DNA of 64,000 bases, from contig JALHMS010000001.1 of NCBI GenBank assembly GCA_022843925.1, forward strand, positions 144,294-208,293. The letters run 5' to 3'. The stretch is from Burkholderiales bacterium (GTDB taxonomy: Bacteria; Pseudomonadota; Gammaproteobacteria; Burkholderiales; Ga0077523). The notes under the pieces were generated by a model. It was not told the origin of the DNA, did no database searches, and worked only from the letters and a program-made list of their open reading frames with translations. Below, one piece after another: positions 22,624 to 31,206 of the stretch. The translations under genes and the position numbers were made by a program. Every line of letters begins with the position of its first letter. Positions within the stretch are counted from its first letter, which is position 1.

Positions 22624-23059
22624 AGAGACAATCGGTGCCCCACTCATTTCGGCGGAGGCTGACCTCGGCACGAGCCGAGGTTAAGCGAAGCGGCCGCAGC
22701 CACAATGAGTGGGGCTTCAGCAATCGCATGTTGGACACGGCAGTCGCCTTCGTGAACGCGAAGTAGAGAGACAATCGGTGCCCCACTCATTTCGGCGGAG
22801 GCTGACCTCGGCACGAGCCGAGGTTAAGCGAAGCGGCCGCAGCCACAATGAGTGGGGCTTCAGCAATCGCATGTTGGACACGGCAGTCGCCTTCGTGAAC
22901 GCGAAGTAGAGAGACAATCGGTGCCCCACTCATTTCGGCGGAGGCTGACCTCGGCACGAGCCGTGGTTAAGCGAAGCGGCCGCAGCCACAATGAGTGGGG
23001 CTTCAGCAATCGCATGTTGGACACGGCAGTCGCCTTCGTGAACGCGAAGTAGAAAGACA
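22559..23059 (+). repeat. 143-bp tandem repeat, about 3.5 units, each re-copying the last 21 codons of gap (including TAG) plus about 80 nt of non-coding sequence
   Basis: AATGAGTGGGGCTTCAGC starts at 22561, 22704, 22847 and 22990, a period of exactly 143. Units are identical apart from A->T at 22964 and G->A at 23054. Copy 1 is the true 3' end of gap. Confidence 0.95.
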
Positions 23060-23062
23060 CGG

Positions 23063-23092
23063 CAACCGCTCGCCGGACGGCGACGGTTGTTC
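23063..23092 (+). terminator. Possible weak terminator/attenuator hairpin after the repeat array
   Basis: CAACCG(C)TCGCC-GGAC-GGCGACGGTTG followed by TTCC. The stem is 11 bp with one bulge and the U-tract is poor. Confidence 0.35.
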
Positions 23093-23279
23093 CCGGAACG
23101 GCGTGGGTCGGGCTACGGCCCGACGCTCACGGTGACGACACCGTTGACGCATCGACCATCCACCGCACCTGCAATCGAATTTTCCCGGCATCCGTGCCGG
23201 CAAGACCCTGGCGGGGCCCGACGCAACCGACGACGGGCCCCGCTTCCTTTCCACCTCACCCTGCTCGAACACCACCACC

Positions 23280-24467
23280 ATGGCGATCCTGCGACTCACC
23301 GATCTCGACGTGCGCGGCAAGCGCGTGCTCATCCGGTCCGACCTGAACGTGCCCCAGGACGACACCGGCCGCATCACCGAGGACACCCGGATCCGTGCTT
23401 CGGTCGGCGCCGTCCGCGCCGCACTCGACCAGGGCGCCCGGGTGATGGTGACCTCCCACCTCGGTCGCCCCACGGAGGGAACGCTGGCCCCCGCCGATAC
23501 GCTCGAGCCCGTGGCAGCACGGCTGGCCGAGCTGCTGGGACAACCGGTGCCGCTGGTGCGGGACTGGGTGGACGGTCGCGAAGTGGCGCCGGGCGCCGGT
23601 CAGGTCGTGATGCTCGAGAACTGCCGGGTGAACGTCGGCGAGAAGAAGAACGACGAGGACCTCTCGAAGCGCATGGCTGCGCTCTGTGACGTCTACGTGA
23701 ACGACGCCTTCGCGACGGCCCATCGCGCCGAGGCGACGACCCATGGCATCGCGCGCTTCGCCCCGGTCGCGTGCGCGGGGCCCCTGATGGCCGCGGAGAT
23801 CGAGGCACTCGGCAAGGCGCTCGGCAATCCGGCCCGCCCGCTGGTCGCGATCGTCGGCGGCTCGAAGGTCTCCACCAAGCTCACGATCCTCTCGGCCCTC
23901 GCGGCGAAGGTCGATCAACTCGTGGTGGGTGGCGGCATCGCCAACACGTTCATGGTCGCCGCCGGCCTGTCCGTCGGGAAGTCGCTGGTCGAGGCCGACC
24001 TCGTGCCCGAGGCGAAGAAGATCATCGATGCCGCCGCCGCCCGCGGTGCGTCGGTGCCGATACCCGTGGATGTCGTGGTGGCGAAGGCGTTCGCGCCCGA
24101 CGCCGTCGCGACGATCAAGGCTGCCACCGACGTCGCCGACGACGACATGATCCTCGACGTCGGCCCGAAGACGGCCGCCGCCCTGGTCGAGGCCCTTGGG
24201 CTTGCCGGGACGATCGTATGGAATGGTCCGGTCGGCGTGTTCGAGTTCGATCAGTTCGGCGAGGGCACGAAGGCCATCGCCGGCGCCATCGGCGCATCGA
24301 AGGCCTTCACGCTGGCGGGCGGCGGTGACACCATCGCGGCCATATCCAAGTACGACATCACCGACAAGCTGTCCTACATCTCCACCGCGGGCGGCGCCTT
24401 CCTCGAGTTCCTCGAGGGGCGCAAGCTCCCGGCCATCGAGATCCTGGAATCCCGCGCCGCCGGCTGA
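23280..24467 (+). CDS. pgk: Phosphoglycerate kinase
   Basis: [38 protein letters not shown]-like C-terminus. Confidence 0.97.
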   Translation: MAILRLTDLDVRGKRVLIRSDLNVPQDDTGRITEDTRIRASVGAVRAALDQGARVMVTSHLGRPTEGTLAPADTLEPVAARLAELLGQPVPLVRDWVDGREVAPGAGQVVMLENCRVNVGEKKNDEDLSKRMAALCDVYVNDAFATAHRAEATTHGIARFAPVACAGPLMAAEIEALGKALGNPARPLVAIVGGSKVSTKLTILSALAAKVDQLVVGGGIANTFMVAAGLSVGKSLVEADLVPEAKKIIDAAAARGASVPIPVDVVVAKAFAPDAVATIKAATDVADDDMILDVGPKTAAALVEALGLAGTIVWNGPVGVFEFDQFGEGTKAIAGAIGASKAFTLAGGGDTIAAISKYDITDKLSYISTAGGAFLEFLEGRKLPAIEILESRAAG

Positions 24468-24504
24468 TCGGCAGCGCGTCTCCGTACCTCTTCGAGGACA
24501 CTCC

Positions 24505-25938
24505 ATGCAGCGTTCCACCAAGATCGTCGCCACGCTCGGCCCCGCCAGTTCGGACCCCGAAGTCCTCCGGAAGATGCTGGCAGCCGGCGTCGACGTGGTG
24601 CGGATGAACTTCTCGCACGGCACCGCGGCGGATCACCTCGCCCGCGCGCAGGCCGTACGCGAGGCGGCCCGCGTCCTGGGCATCACGGTCGGCATCATGT
24701 GCGACCTGCAGGGGCCGAAGATCCGCATCGGCAAGTTCGAGAACAGCCGCATCCAGCTCGAGAACGGCGATCGCTTCATCCTCGACGCCGCCTGCACGCT
24801 GGGCAACCAGGAGCGCGTCGGCCTCGACTACAGGGAACTCCCCGACGACGTCCGCGCCAACGACGTGCTCTTGCTGGACGACGGCCGCATCGTGATGGAT
24901 GTCGAGCGCGTGGTCGGCACCGAGATCCACACCATCGTCCGCCACGGCGGCGAGCTGTCCAACAACAAGGGCATCAACCGCCAGGGCGGCGGCCTCACGG
25001 CGCCCGCGCTGACCTCGAAGGACATGGAGGACATCCGCACCGCGGCCACCATGAAGGCGGACTTCCTCGCGGTGTCGTTCCCGAAGAGCGGTGCCGACAT
25101 GTACATGGCGCGCGAGCTGATGCGCGCGGCCGGCGGGAAGTCGCTGCTGATCGCGAAGGTGGAACGGGCCGAGGCCATCCACGCGCTCGAGGAGGTCATG
25201 GACGCCTCCGACGGCGTCATGGTCGCGCGCGGCGACCTGGCGGTGGAGGTGGGTGACGCCGCCGTGCCCGCGCTCCAGAAGCGGATGATCCGCATGGCGC
25301 GCGAGCGCAACAAGCTGACCATCACGGCCACGCAGATGATGGAGTCGATGATCACGAGCCCGGTGCCGACGCGCGCGGAGGTGTCCGACGTCGCCAATGC
25401 CGTGCTCGACGGCACCGACGCCGTCATGCTCTCGGCCGAGACGGCCGCCGGCAAGTACCCGGTGCAGACGGTCGAGGCCATGAGCCGCGTGTGCCTCGAG
25501 GCCGAGAAGTCCACCGAGTTCTCGCTGGATCGCGAGTTCCTGAACCGCGTGTTCACGCGCGTGGACCAGTCCATCGCAATGGCCGCGCTCTTCACCGCGT
25601 TCCACCTGAAGGTCAAGTGCATCGCCGCGCTCACGCAGTCCGGTTCGACGGCCCTGTGGATCTCGCGCCTCAACTGCGGCGTGCCGATCTACGCGCTCAC
25701 GCCGGAGATCTCGACCCGGTACCGCCTCTCGCTGTTCAAGGACACCTACCCCCTGATGATCCAGTACGTGGGGCACGACCGCGAGCAGCTGCTGCAGGAG
25801 GCGGAGGACAAGCTGAAGAGCAATGGCATCGTCGAGGACGGCGATCTGATCGTCCTCACGATCGGCGAACCCATCGGCAAGGCCGGTGGCACCAATACCA
25901 TGAAGATCGTGCGCGTCGGTGAATCCCGCGCGCGCTGA
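24505..25938 (+). CDS. pyk: Pyruvate kinase
   Basis: MQRSTKIVATLGPAS, RMNFSHG, MVARGDLAVE, and ATQMMESM. The start is trimmed to the ATG at 24505. Confidence 0.95.
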   Translation: MQRSTKIVATLGPASSDPEVLRKMLAAGVDVVRMNFSHGTAADHLARAQAVREAARVLGITVGIMCDLQGPKIRIGKFENSRIQLENGDRFILDAACTLGNQERVGLDYRELPDDVRANDVLLLDDGRIVMDVERVVGTEIHTIVRHGGELSNNKGINRQGGGLTAPALTSKDMEDIRTAATMKADFLAVSFPKSGADMYMARELMRAAGGKSLLIAKVERAEAIHALEEVMDASDGVMVARGDLAVEVGDAAVPALQKRMIRMARERNKLTITATQMMESMITSPVPTRAEVSDVANAVLDGTDAVMLSAETAAGKYPVQTVEAMSRVCLEAEKSTEFSLDREFLNRVFTRVDQSIAMAALFTAFHLKVKCIAALTQSGSTALWISRLNCGVPIYALTPEISTRYRLSLFKDTYPLMIQYVGHDREQLLQEAEDKLKSNGIVEDGDLIVLTIGEPIGKAGGTNTMKIVRVGESRAR

Positions 25939-25968
25939 ACCCACGTTTTCCACGGCGATATCCCGACC

Positions 25969-26472
25969 TTGAACCTGCCCCCCCGAGTCGGCGTGGTGAT
26001 GGGCTCCCAGAGCGACTGGGACACCATGCAGCACGCCGCGCGCATCCTCCAGGACCTCGATGTTCCCCACGAGGCCCGCATCGTGTCCGCCCATCGCACG
26101 CCGGACCTGCTCTTCGAGTACGCCAGCGCCGCTGCCGCGCGCGGTCTAGCGTGCATCATCGCGGGGGCCGGCGGCGCGGCGCATCTCCCGGGCATGCTGG
26201 CGGCTAAGACGCGGATCCCGGTGCTGGGCGTCCCCGTCCAGAGCCGCGCGCTGCAGGGGCTGGACTCGCTGTTGTCCATCGTGCAGATGCCGAAGGGTGT
26301 CCCGGTGGCGACCTTCGCGATCGGCGAAGCGGGTGCCGCCAACGCCGCGCTCTTCGCGGCAGCGATGCTCGCCGTGAACGACACCGGACTCGCGGCCCGG
26401 CTCGACGCCTTCCGCCAGCGGCAGACCGACACCGTGCTGGCCACGCAGCTGCCGCCCGTCGCAGGATCATGA
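25969..26472 (+). CDS. purE: 5-(carboxyamino)imidazole ribonucleotide mutase
   Basis: [30 protein letters not shown]. The start codon is TTG. Confidence 0.95.
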   Translation: MNLPPRVGVVMGSQSDWDTMQHAARILQDLDVPHEARIVSAHRTPDLLFEYASAAAARGLACIIAGAGGAAHLPGMLAAKTRIPVLGVPVQSRALQGLDSLLSIVQMPKGVPVATFAIGEAGAANAALFAAAMLAVNDTGLAARLDAFRQRQTDTVLATQLPPVAGS

Positions 26473-27635
26473 AGTCCGTCGCTCCCGGCGCCTGGCTGGG
26501 CCTGCTCGGTGGCGGCCAGCTCGGCCGCATGTTCACGATGGCAGCCCAGAGCATGGGGTATCGCGTGGTGGTGGTGGACCCCGGCCATGACAGCCCCGCG
26601 GGGTCGGTTGCCGACGACCATCTCTGCGCGGACTACCTCGACCCCGACGCGCTGGCGGAACTCGCGCGGCGCTGCGCGGGTGTCACGACCGAATTCGAGA
26701 ACGTCCCGGCCGAGGCCCTGCGCCGCCTCGCGGAGCACTGCGTCGTGAGCCCCGCCGCGGACAGCGTCGCCGTCGCGCAGGACCGCATTCTCGAGAAGCG
26801 ATTCCTGCAGGCCGCCGGTCTCGGTACCGCGCCGTTCGCGGTGATCGAGTCCGAGGCTGACCTCGACAAGGTCCCCGACGACCTGCTGCCCGGCATCCTG
26901 AAGGCGGCGCGCTTCGGTTACGACGGCAAGGGCCAGGCCCGCGTGCGGACCCGTGACGCTTTGCGCGAGGCCTTCGTCGCCATGGGTGGCCGGCCGGCCG
27001 TGCTGGAGCAGATGCTCGCCCTCGAACGCGAAGTGTCGGTGGTGGTGGCCCGCGGTTTCGACGGCGAGGTGCGCACCTTCCCGGTGGCCGAGAACCGGCA
27101 CGCGAACGGCATCCTCGACGTGAGCATCGTGCCGGCGCGCGTCCCCGAGGCGCTGGCGCAGACGGCCCGTGCACAGGCGCTGAAGGTCGTCGAGGCGCTC
27201 GACTATCGCGGCGTTCTGTGCGTGGAGTTCTTCGTGCTGGCCGACGGTCGGCTGCTCGCGAACGAGATCGCGCCGCGTCCGCACAACAGCGGGCACTACA
27301 CGATCGACGGGTGCGTGACCTCGCAGTTCGAGCAGCAGGCGCGCGTGCTCTGCGGCCTGCCGCTGGGCGAGACCGCCGCGCACTGCCCCTCCGTGATGAT
27401 CAACCTGCTGGGCGACCTCTGGGCCGCCGGCGAACCGGATTGGCGCATCGTCCTGCGCGAGCCCCGCGCGAAGCTGCACCTGTACGGCAAGTCCGAGGCG
27501 CGACCCGGCCGCAAGATGGGCCACTTCACCGTCCTGGGCGACGACGCTGACGCGACGCTCGCCACCGCCGCTTCACTGCAGTCCCGACTTCTCCCGACCG
27601 CGGATGCCGCGGCCCGATCCGGAACCTCGTCATGA
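26469..27635 (+). CDS. purK: 5-(carboxyamino)imidazole ribonucleotide synthase (ATP-grasp, bicarbonate-dependent)
   Basis: [11 protein letters not shown]-grasp core, [23 protein letters not shown] overlap with purE. Confidence 0.95.
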   Translation: MKSVAPGAWLGLLGGGQLGRMFTMAAQSMGYRVVVVDPGHDSPAGSVADDHLCADYLDPDALAELARRCAGVTTEFENVPAEALRRLAEHCVVSPAADSVAVAQDRILEKRFLQAAGLGTAPFAVIESEADLDKVPDDLLPGILKAARFGYDGKGQARVRTRDALREAFVAMGGRPAVLEQMLALEREVSVVVARGFDGEVRTFPVAENRHANGILDVSIVPARVPEALAQTARAQALKVVEALDYRGVLCVEFFVLADGRLLANEIAPRPHNSGHYTIDGCVTSQFEQQARVLCGLPLGETAAHCPSVMINLLGDLWAAGEPDWRIVLREPRAKLHLYGKSEARPGRKMGHFTVLGDDADATLATAASLQSRLLPTADAAARSGTSS

Positions 27636-28516
27636 CCGACATCGCCATCCACGAGACGAACCTGCGCTCGCTGCGCTTCCTGCATCGCGGGAAGGTGCGC
27701 GACATCTACGCCATCGACGACGAGCGGCTGCTGATCGTGCAGACCGACCGCCTGTCGGCCTTCGATGTGATCCTGCCCTCGCCGATCCCGGGCAAGGGCA
27801 AGGTGCTCACTGAGGTCTCGAACTTCTGGTTCGCACGCCTGGGCCACGTGATCCCCAATCATCTGCTGCCGGTGGACCCGCTCACGGTGGTCGCCCCGGA
27901 CGAACGGGACCAGGTGGCAGGCCGGGCATTCGTGGTGCGGCGTCTGAAGCCGCTCCCGATCGAAGCGATCGTTCGCGGCTATGTGGCGGGTTCGGGCTGG
28001 AAGGACTACCAGCGCACCGGCGCCATCTGCGGCATCCCGCTGCCTGCTGGCATGGCCGAAGCGCAGAAGCTCCCGGCACCCATCTTCACGCCGTCGACCA
28101 AGGCGCCCGCGGGATCCCACGACGAGAACATCCCGTTCGCGGAAGCCGAACGTCTGCTCGGCGCTGCACGCGCCGCCGAGGTGCGCGACGCCGCGATCCG
28201 CCTCTACAGCGAAGCCGCCGACTTCGCCGCCACCCGGGGCATCCTCATCGCCGACACGAAGTTCGAGTTCGGCACGGACGCCGCCGGAAAGCTATACCTG
28301 ATCGACGAGGCGCTCACGCCGGATTCGTCGCGCTTCTGGCCGGTCGCGGGCTACCGCACGGGCATCTCGCCGCCCTCGTTCGACAAGCAGTTCGTGCGCG
28401 ACTGGCTCGAAGCGCACGACTGGAACAAGAAGCCGCCCGCGCCCGCCCTCCCGGCCGACTTGCTCGAGAAGACGGCGGAGAAGTATCGGGAGGCACTGCG
28501 CCTCCTGGTGGGCTGA
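27632..28516 (+). CDS. purC: Phosphoribosylaminoimidazole-succinocarboxamide synthase
   Basis: [34 protein letters not shown] overlap with purK. Confidence 0.95.
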   Translation: MTDIAIHETNLRSLRFLHRGKVRDIYAIDDERLLIVQTDRLSAFDVILPSPIPGKGKVLTEVSNFWFARLGHVIPNHLLPVDPLTVVAPDERDQVAGRAFVVRRLKPLPIEAIVRGYVAGSGWKDYQRTGAICGIPLPAGMAEAQKLPAPIFTPSTKAPAGSHDENIPFAEAERLLGAARAAEVRDAAIRLYSEAADFAATRGILIADTKFEFGTDAAGKLYLIDEALTPDSSRFWPVAGYRTGISPPSFDKQFVRDWLEAHDWNKKPPAPALPADLLEKTAEKYREALRLLVG

Positions 28517-29490
28517 TGTCCGCTGCCACGGCCGACCCCCGGGACATCGCGGCGGCAGTGGCGGCACTGCGCGCCGGCCGGCTCGTCGCGTTCCCCTCCG
28601 AGACGGTGTACGGCCTCGGGGCCGACGCCTCGAACCCCGACGCCGTCCGGCGCATCTTCGAGGCCAAGGGCCGCCCCGCCGATCATCCCGTGATCGTCCA
28701 CGTCGCCTCGGCGAAGCAGCTGGGGGACTGGGCCCGCGACATCCCGCCTTCCGCCTTCGCGCTGGCCGAGGCCTTCTGGCCGGGCCCGTTGACGCTCGTC
28801 CTGCGTCGCCGGCCCCACGTGAGCGATCTCGTGACGGGCGGTCAGGACACCGTCGGCATCCGCGTGCCATCGCATCCGGTCGCGCAGGCGCTCCTGCAGG
28901 CCTTCGGCGGCGGCATCGCGGGCCCGTCGGCCAACCGCTTCGGGCGCATCTCGCCCACGACCGCGGACCACGTGCGCGACGAGCTGGGCGACCGCGTGGA
29001 CATCGTCCTCGAAGGCGGTAAGAGCGACGTCGGCATCGAGTCCACGATCATCGATCTCTCGGGTCCGGAACCCGCCCTCCTGCGGCCTGGGATGCTCGAC
29101 ATCGCCCGCGCCGAGGCCCTTCTCGGGGTGCCGCTGCGCTCGCCCGGCATCGCGTCCCCAAGGGTGTCGGGCATGCTCGCCTCGCACTACGCGCCGCGCA
29201 CACCGACGCGCCTGGTGACGCCGGACGCGCTCGTCGCCGCAATCCGGGCCGCGAACGCCCGCGTGGCCGTCCTCGCACGACGGCCGCGACCCGCCGGACT
29301 CGCTGCGGTGGATTGGATCGACGCGCCCGCCTCGGCCGCCGCCTACGCCCACGATCTGTACGCATGCCTGCGCACTCTCGATCGCGCAGGAGCCGACCTG
29401 ATCCTCGTGGAGTCGGTGCCCGCGTCTTCGGACTGGACCGCCATCCGGGACCGCCTCGGCCGCGCCGCGACCCGCCCGGAGACTCCATGA
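28516..29490 (+). CDS. tsaC: L-threonylcarbamoyladenylate synthase (Sua5/YwlC/TsaC family, long form)
   Basis: PSETVYGLGADA, KGRPADHPVIVH, PGPLTLVL, VGIRVPSHP, SANRFG, plus a C-terminal Sua5 domain. The start overlaps the purC stop by 1 nt. Confidence 0.9.
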   Translation: MSAATADPRDIAAAVAALRAGRLVAFPSETVYGLGADASNPDAVRRIFEAKGRPADHPVIVHVASAKQLGDWARDIPPSAFALAEAFWPGPLTLVLRRRPHVSDLVTGGQDTVGIRVPSHPVAQALLQAFGGGIAGPSANRFGRISPTTADHVRDELGDRVDIVLEGGKSDVGIESTIIDLSGPEPALLRPGMLDIARAEALLGVPLRSPGIASPRVSGMLASHYAPRTPTRLVTPDALVAAIRAANARVAVLARRPRPAGLAAVDWIDAPASAAAYAHDLYACLRTLDRAGADLILVESVPASSDWTAIRDRLGRAATRPETP

Positions 29491-30434
29491 GCCTCGACCC
29501 CGTCGTCCTGTTCTTCCTGCTGGGTGTGTTCGCGCGCTTGCTGCGGAGCGACCTGCGGCTCCCCGAGGCCATGTACGAGGGCCTCTCGATCTACCTGCTG
29601 CTCGCGATCGGTCTGAAGGGCGGTGTCGAACTCTCGAAGCATCCGATCGGACCCCTGCTGCCCCAGGTGGGCGGCGTGCTGCTGCTCGGCCTGCTGCTGC
29701 CGCTGATCGCCTACCCGGTGCTCCGCGGACTCGGTCGACTGCCGAAACCCGACGCGGCATCGATCGCGGCGCACTACGGTTCGGTCAGCATGGTGACCTT
29801 CGCGGTCGCGACGACCTTCCTCGTGGACCGCGGCGTGGCTCACGAGGAGTACATGCCGCTCTTCGTCGTGCTGCTCGAGGTCCCCGGGATCATGGTGGGC
29901 ATCCTCATCGCCAAGCTCGGAGCGGGCGGCGGCATACGCTGGGGTGCACTCGCCCACGAAGTGCTCCTGGGCCGCAGCATCGTGCTGCTCACGGGGGGAC
30001 TCGCGATCGGCTGGATCTCGGGGCCCGAGGCGCTGGCGCCGCAGTCGAAGCTCTTCTTCGAGCTCTTCAAGGCGGTGCTCGCGCTCTTCATGCTCGAGAT
30101 GGGCCTCGTGGCGGCGGGCCGCATCCGCGAGCTGCGTCGTGCCGGCGCTTTCCTCCTCGCGTTCGGGACGATCGCGCCATGCGTCTTCGCGGTGATCGGC
30201 GTGCTCACGGGCCGCGTGATCGGTCTCTCGCCGGGCGGCGCGATGCTGCTGGGCGCCCTCGCCGCCAGCGCGTCGTACATCGCGGCTCCGGCAGCCATGC
30301 GGATAGCGGTGCCCGAAGCGAACCCCTCGCTGTCCCTCGCCGCCGCGCTCGGGGTCACGTTTCCGTTCAACATCGTGTTCGGCATTCCGATGTACCACCG
30401 CATCGCAGCCGCCGTCGTGCCCCCGGCACTCTGA
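29487..30434 (+). CDS. SbtA-like sodium-dependent bicarbonate transport family permease
   Basis: 315-aa polytopic membrane protein. MSLDPVVLFFLLGVFARLL.SDLRLPE..YE.LSIYLLLAIGLKGG is the characteristic SbtA-family N-terminus. ATGA overlap with tsaC. Confidence 0.8.
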   Translation: MSLDPVVLFFLLGVFARLLRSDLRLPEAMYEGLSIYLLLAIGLKGGVELSKHPIGPLLPQVGGVLLLGLLLPLIAYPVLRGLGRLPKPDAASIAAHYGSVSMVTFAVATTFLVDRGVAHEEYMPLFVVLLEVPGIMVGILIAKLGAGGGIRWGALAHEVLLGRSIVLLTGGLAIGWISGPEALAPQSKLFFELFKAVLALFMLEMGLVAAGRIRELRRAGAFLLAFGTIAPCVFAVIGVLTGRVIGLSPGGAMLLGALAASASYIAAPAAMRIAVPEANPSLSLAAALGVTFPFNIVFGIPMYHRIAAAVVPPAL

Positions 30435-30441
30435 GGATCCC

Positions 30442-30744
30442 ATGCAGACCCACGCCCTCAAGCTGGTCGTCGTCATCACCGAATCCGCGCTGGAGACGCT
30501 GCTGGTGAAGGACATCCTGGCGCTCGGCGCCCACGGCTACACGGTGGCGGACGTGCGCGGCGGCGGTCGGCGGGGCGTGCGCGATGGCGCTTGGGAAGGC
30601 GACCGCAACATCCGCATCGAGGTGATCTGCCACGACACCGTCGCCGACGCCATCGCCGAGCACGTGCTCCAGCGGTACGCGCTCAACTATTCGACCACGG
30701 TGTTCGTCAGCGACATCGGGGTGCTGCGGCCGGAGAAGTTCTGA
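30442..30744 (+). CDS. SbtB-like PII-family signalling protein
   Basis: 100 aa. KLVVVITESALETLLVKDILALGAHGYTVADVRGGGRRG aligns with cyanobacterial SbtB as I recall it (KLVIVTEK..GAKGYTV..TGGKGSR). It starts 7 nt after the permease gene. Confidence 0.75.
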   Translation: MQTHALKLVVVITESALETLLVKDILALGAHGYTVADVRGGGRRGVRDGAWEGDRNIRIEVICHDTVADAIAEHVLQRYALNYSTTVFVSDIGVLRPEKF

Positions 30745-30766
30745 CGATGGCAGTACCCGCACACTG

Positions 30767-31117
30767 ATGGCGCCGCAGCCGCCGACTCCGGGCACGGCGC
30801 TATGCCGGATCGAAGAGATCCCGGAAGGCGAGGGCCGCGAGTTCGTGTTCGGCACGGGCATGGCCGCCTGGCGCGGTCTCGTCGTGCGGCGCGGCGATCG
30901 CGTCTTCGGGTACGTGAACGAATGCCCGCATCACTTCATCCCCCTGAACGACCGCGGGGACCGGTTCGTGACCTGGGATCACGAATGGATCATCTGCTCG
31001 GCCCACGCCGCCGTGTTCCGCTACGAGGACGGCCACTGCGAGGACGGCCCGTGCAAGGGCCGCGGTCTCCAGCCCTGGCCGGTGGTGATCCGCGACGGCG
31101 CGATCGTCACTGCCTGA
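30767..31117 (+). CDS. Small Rieske [2Fe-2S] domain protein
   Basis: CPHHFIPL ... CSAHAAVF (C-x-H ... C-x-x-H ligand pattern), 116 aa. Confidence 0.8.
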   Translation: MAPQPPTPGTALCRIEEIPEGEGREFVFGTGMAAWRGLVVRRGDRVFGYVNECPHHFIPLNDRGDRFVTWDHEWIICSAHAAVFRYEDGHCEDGPCKGRGLQPWPVVIRDGAIVTA

Positions 31118-31170
31118 TCCCGACGGGCACGCCCTGGTCGCGCGATGGAGATTCCCCGCCCAATCATCGC

Positions 31171-31199
31171 CTTGCTTACCATAAGCTAGGCAACTAAAA
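31171..31199 (+). promoter_or_regulatory. Putative sigma70 promoter of the marR-emrAB operon, with an overlapping imperfect inverted repeat
   Basis: TTGCTT (31171-31176), a 17-nt spacer, then TAAAAT (31194-31199). The marR ATG lies 7 nt after the -10 element. The spacer contains TTGCTTA-N8-TAGGCAA. Confidence 0.4.
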
Positions 31200-31206
31200 T
31201 CGCCCC

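Noticed and set aside
22676-22690. GTTAAGC within the repeat resembles an integron attC core site (GTTRRRY).
   Set aside because: I found no matching inverse core (RYYYAAC), no integrase gene and no cassette structure. A single 7-mer match is expected by chance.
22566-23052. Three identical 66-aa ORFs (plus strand) and 66-70-aa ORFs (minus strand) inside the repeat array.
   Set aside because: They are by-products of the 143-bp periodicity: a GTG start in one unit reads into the gap C-terminal frame of the next. They have no Shine-Dalgarno and their composition is not protein-like apart from the borrowed GAPDH tail.
22559-23059. Whether the 143-bp repeats are a CRISPR array.
   Set aside because: The whole 143-bp unit repeats with no unique spacers. 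The unit is far longer than a CRISPR repeat, it includes coding sequence, and no cas genes are present in the window.
22559-23059. Whether the repeats are a diversity-generating retroelement (a template repeat and variable repeat at the 3' end of a target gene).
   Set aside because: No reverse transcriptase or accessory gene is nearby. The copies are essentially identical rather than differing at adenines, and the 'target' is a housekeeping GAPDH.
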